Assembly: GCA_041750555.1 (NCBI GenBank)
Contig: JBGSZB010000016.1
Location: 19,725-83,724, forward strand
DNA length: 64,000 bases
Origin: Candidatus Dojkabacteria bacterium
GTDB taxonomy: Bacteria > Patescibacteriota > Dojkabacteria > J137
Reading direction: 5' to 3'
The notes beneath the pieces were generated by a model, which was given only the letters and a program-made list of their open reading frames with translations, was not told the DNA's origin and did no database searches. Below are positions 60,958-64,000 of this stretch, one piece after another (positions within the stretch are counted from its first letter, which is position 1; the number at the start of each line of letters is the position of its first letter). Position numbers and translations under genes: made by a program.

Positions 60958-61362
60958 ATGGATTTAGCAGGATTACCTACAAACATTTCTTACTCTGATG
61001 GAGAATTTAACCCTAATAATATTGTTTTAGGTTCAAGCTTTGAGAAACTTCATAGAATGCATTTATTTCCAGATTCTGAGAGAGTGAGGAAACATATTAT
61101 TAAAGCTAAATTAGGTAAAAGTGGAGTATATAGAGTTAAGGGACTAGAGTTTCAAATTCCATATAGTGGCATTATCAATATACCAGGAATAATTATTGAA
61201 AATTGTGATATAGAAAAATTAGATTGTTTTAGAGTGTTAATAATTGAATATTGTGAGTGTGAAAGTAGCTTTAGAGTAAGATTAGCAGAGTATAGTGAGG
61301 TTAATGGGTTAGTTAGTATTAATGAAGTTTCAGATTTAATTAATGAATTAATTGAAGCTTAA
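60958..61362 (+). CDS. Orphan hypothetical protein; C-terminus ...LIEA
   Basis: Own -10 box (GGTGTATAAT) just upstream; no family recognised. Confidence 0.65.
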   Translation: MDLAGLPTNISYSDGEFNPNNIVLGSSFEKLHRMHLFPDSERVRKHIIKAKLGKSGVYRVKGLEFQIPYSGIINIPGIIIENCDIEKLDCFRVLIIEYCECESSFRVRLAEYSEVNGLVSINEVSDLINELIEA

Positions 61363-63152
61363 TCTTTAGCTTTTCTTAACTCATACATTCTAATTATTTC
61401 ACTTACGTTATTTGGATAATCACGATCAACTCTGTTCCATATCTTCATTCTTGGAAATCTTATTGATAAGCCTTTAGTTGAATCATCGTTTTTAACTTTA
61501 GAAGATATATTAATAGCTGCAGTATGGTTAGGACTTCTAGTTATTTCATCAGCAATAATTTCCATGATAATTTTTGGAGTTACCCAAACATCTGGAGTTA
61601 ATGAGTTATTTACTACATAATTTTTAGGCATTACGTTTGTTGAAATATTTTCTAAATCCTTATACATTGTATTCATTAATTCTTCACTAAAACCACTACC
61701 TACTTTTCCAATTGTATAGTATTTTTCATCCTCTGGGTTATATACTCCTGCTAAAAGAGTTCCAAAACCAAATCTAGATCTGTCTCCTTTACCTCTGTAA
61801 TACCCCAAAACTACTACATCTATAGTATCTACCATTTCTGTTAATGTATTAGCTTTTAATTTAATCCATTTAAAGTTTCTAGTACCTGGTTCATAATTTG
61901 TATTATTATCTTTAACAATAATTCCCTCTAAACCCCTACTAACTTTATCTCTAAAGTAACTCTCTAACTCTTCTAAGGTATTTATTCTTTTAGTTTCTAA
62001 CATCTCTAATGAATCTCTGTTATTCTTTAAAATATCTTCTAGTAACTTTAATCTTTCATCTATTGGTAATTCAGTTAAATCTTTTCCATTTAAATACAGA
62101 ATATCAAAACACATTGCTTTAACAGGTATATCTTTAGAAAATGTTTCAATTTCATACTTTCTTCTTCTTTTCATAGTATCTTGATAAGTTGCATAACCTA
62201 AATCTTTTACTCCAATTATCTCTGAATCTAATATTATTGATTTCACCCCAAGGGATTTTAAAGAAGTGGTTAACTCAGGAAACTGGTTAGTCATTAATTC
62301 CATATTCCTACTATATATTGCAACATTAGTATCTAATTCTTCGAAGTTATTAATAGAGTAGTGTAGTTGTCCTCTTAAACCATCTAATTTAGGTTGTACA
62401 TAACTATCATTCATTCTTTTAAATACAGATTCTGAATCTACTTCTCTTTCAACTAATTTAGATGCAACAGGCACTCCAGGTTTTAATTTAATAGTCTCTA
62501 ATGTTTTAATAACAAAATCTCTGTATTCAGTACTTTCTTTAATATTATCTAACTCTTTAACAAAACTTAATATTCCACCTAAGTCTGCATATTTACCATA
62601 AGCACTATCTAATATTTTTCTAATTGATTTATCTCCTGTTACATACCATGATATTGAATCTAATATTGTTTTATCACTCATACCAAGTCTTAAATCTCCA
62701 ACAATTATTCTTGTTACATATTTACTACTTTGAAAATCTAATTGAGTTATTAATTCTAAATATTTATTTATTTTATTCTCTTGAGAACCACTTCCACTAA
62801 TTACTGCTATCTCTTTTAATTTTTCAAATACAGTTGATATATCTAGATCTACCTCAACATTATCATTAAGTTTTAATTCTTCTATTAATGTTCCTAAATC
62901 TCCATATTTCTTATATTTTTCTAAAACATTACTGTATTTAGTATCTAGCGCTTTTACTATTAATTTAGATGAGAAGTTAAATTCCAATGGTACAAATTTT
63001 GGAGCTATACGTCCCATTATTAAATACATTGCAAGTCTAGATTCCTCTAATTGTAGAGAAGATATTAATTCACTTACAACAATTGTAATATCATTTCTAG
63101 ATGAGATATCTTCTATTTTTTTTAAGTAGTTTGAGAAATTTTTAAATGTCAT
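61359..63152 (-). CDS. ATP-dependent DNA ligase (archaeal/eukaryotic-type architecture)
   Basis: DNA-binding domain with LRLG, KLDGLR, FDIL, EGIIVK, WIKLK, SIRFPR. Confidence 0.95.
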   Translation of the reverse strand: MTFKNFSNYLKKIEDISSRNDITIVVSELISSLQLEESRLAMYLIMGRIAPKFVPLEFNFSSKLIVKALDTKYSNVLEKYKKYGDLGTLIEELKLNDNVEVDLDISTVFEKLKEIAVISGSGSQENKINKYLELITQLDFQSSKYVTRIIVGDLRLGMSDKTILDSISWYVTGDKSIRKILDSAYGKYADLGGILSFVKELDNIKESTEYRDFVIKTLETIKLKPGVPVASKLVEREVDSESVFKRMNDSYVQPKLDGLRGQLHYSINNFEELDTNVAIYSRNMELMTNQFPELTTSLKSLGVKSIILDSEIIGVKDLGYATYQDTMKRRRKYEIETFSKDIPVKAMCFDILYLNGKDLTELPIDERLKLLEDILKNNRDSLEMLETKRINTLEELESYFRDKVSRGLEGIIVKDNNTNYEPGTRNFKWIKLKANTLTEMVDTIDVVVLGYYRGKGDRSRFGFGTLLAGVYNPEDEKYYTIGKVGSGFSEELMNTMYKDLENISTNVMPKNYVVNNSLTPDVWVTPKIIMEIIADEITRSPNHTAAINISSKVKNDDSTKGLSIRFPRMKIWNRVDRDYPNNVSEIIRMYELRKAKD

Positions 63153-63153
63153 T

Positions 63154-64000
63154 TTAGAATGATCCAGCTGGTAATATATCTAATATATTAACACCTATTA
63201 TTCTTAATATTAACACACTAAATACTAATACTGCTAAACCTGTTAATGTAGCTATTAATTGTTCTCTAGCTTTTTTAATTTCAGCTTCATTACCTCTTTG
63301 ATAGTTAATACCAACTAGTATTAATTGTACTAAAGCAACTCCACCCATTACTCCTAATGATATTCTAATTAACCCTGTTATTATTCCAATTGGTGTTGTA
63401 TCTATACATCCTATTGCTGTAGGGATACCTCCTTGAGCTCTACAGTTTTCAATATATTCTGCATTATCTTCATCTTGAGCTGCTAACCATGCAATAGTAT
63501 CGGTGATGCTATTATTTTTTAAAGGAATCCCATAAGTAAGACTCCCTTTTGAGCAAAATAGTAACTCATTACCTCTAACAGCCAATGCCTCTTCATCAGA
63601 ATAACACCTAACACACTCAGCCTCACCCAGACTACTATCCTTTAATTGATCTGAGTATATAACGTTTAGGTCTTCGTCATCTAGCGCAACTCCTATCCCT
63701 AGGAAATTATCTGAAGGGTTAACAATAGCACAAACAGAATCATCTGGGCATATATTTTCTGAACCACTCACCTCAGAGCCATAAGTAAATGTACCAAAAG
63801 GAAGTCCTCTTACAAAAGATTCTGTTATTATTTTTTCTAAATCTTTCTGTGACTCTGAATATACAACCTCAGTTCTATCATCTAATGCACTGTTCCTATG
63901 GTAACAAACAGGCGAAGCATTATCAATATATTCATTAGGCATGTTCCCAGGGCTCTGATCATTAGGAATAAGACAACACGCTGCAGCATAGGTCCTATTC
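63154..64000 (-). CDS. Cys-rich exported protein with C-terminal TrbC/VirB2-like pilin domain (5' end outside window)
   Basis: Frame open to the window edge; IPTAIGCI...LGVMGGVAL..LILVG...IKKAREQLIATLTGL. Confidence 0.75.
   Translation of the reverse strand, partial: NRTYAAACCLIPNDQSPGNMPNEYIDNASPVCYHRNSALDDRTEVVYSESQKDLEKIITESFVRGLPFGTFTYGSEVSGSENICPDDSVCAIVNPSDNFLGIGVALDDEDLNVIYSDQLKDSSLGEAECVRCYSDEEALAVRGNELLFCSKGSLTYGIPLKNNSITDTIAWLAAQDEDNAEYIENCRAQGGIPTAIGCIDTTPIGIITGLIRISLGVMGGVALVQLILVGINYQRGNEAEIKKAREQLIATLTGLAVLVFSVLILRIIGVNILDILPAGSF

Noticed and set aside
8875-61362. Orphans as classical integron cassettes
   Set aside because: No attC hairpins (RYYYAAC...GTTRRRY with extended dyad) follow the stops, there is no room for them at the overlapping junctions, and several orphans have their own promoters.
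1-64000. CRISPR array, cas genes, integrase, transposase, reverse transcriptase or prophage
   Set aside because: No regularly spaced repeats or such ORFs seen; no duplicated tRNA 3' ends.

Overview
Very AT-rich, gene-dense bacterial chromosome segment in standard code 11 (TGA ends ung and the 22525 gene). Several features point to a CPR/Patescibacteria genome, with Dojkabacteria/WS6 or Microgenomates plausible (inference): archaeal-type TPI, ATP-dependent DNA ligase, C-terminal VirB2-like pilin, tRNAs without encoded CCA, and few obvious Shine-Dalgarno sites. The window holds a near-complete glycolysis/fermentation cluster (pgi, gap, pgk, pfkA, ldh, fba, tpi, gpmI), pyrG, tgt, murB/murC-like/mraY, nrdR-nrdJ with two NrdR boxes, DNA repair genes (alkC/D-like, ung, uvrC, lig), two tRNAs, large surface proteins, a RelE-type TA pair, and a small tRNA-Ser-linked accessory island (HEPN-like, DUF4268, GNAT, DUF3800 plus 3' RNA hairpin). 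The most unusual signal: eight dissimilar, mostly orphan, + strand genes scattered among housekeeping genes all end in Glu-Ala or Glu-Gly followed by TAA, with two near variants (EV, ES). Many sit tail-to-tail with another gene at a shared TTAA inside a recurring quasi-palindrome (GAAGSTTAAYCTTTA). This is either a shared C-terminal sorting/degradation signal or a DNA-level gene-insertion or termination site. A repeated palindromic operator (TGTATTRYAATACA, three copies), a variant CIRCE and a candidate attenuator were also seen. All family calls are from motif recognition by eye; no searches were run.
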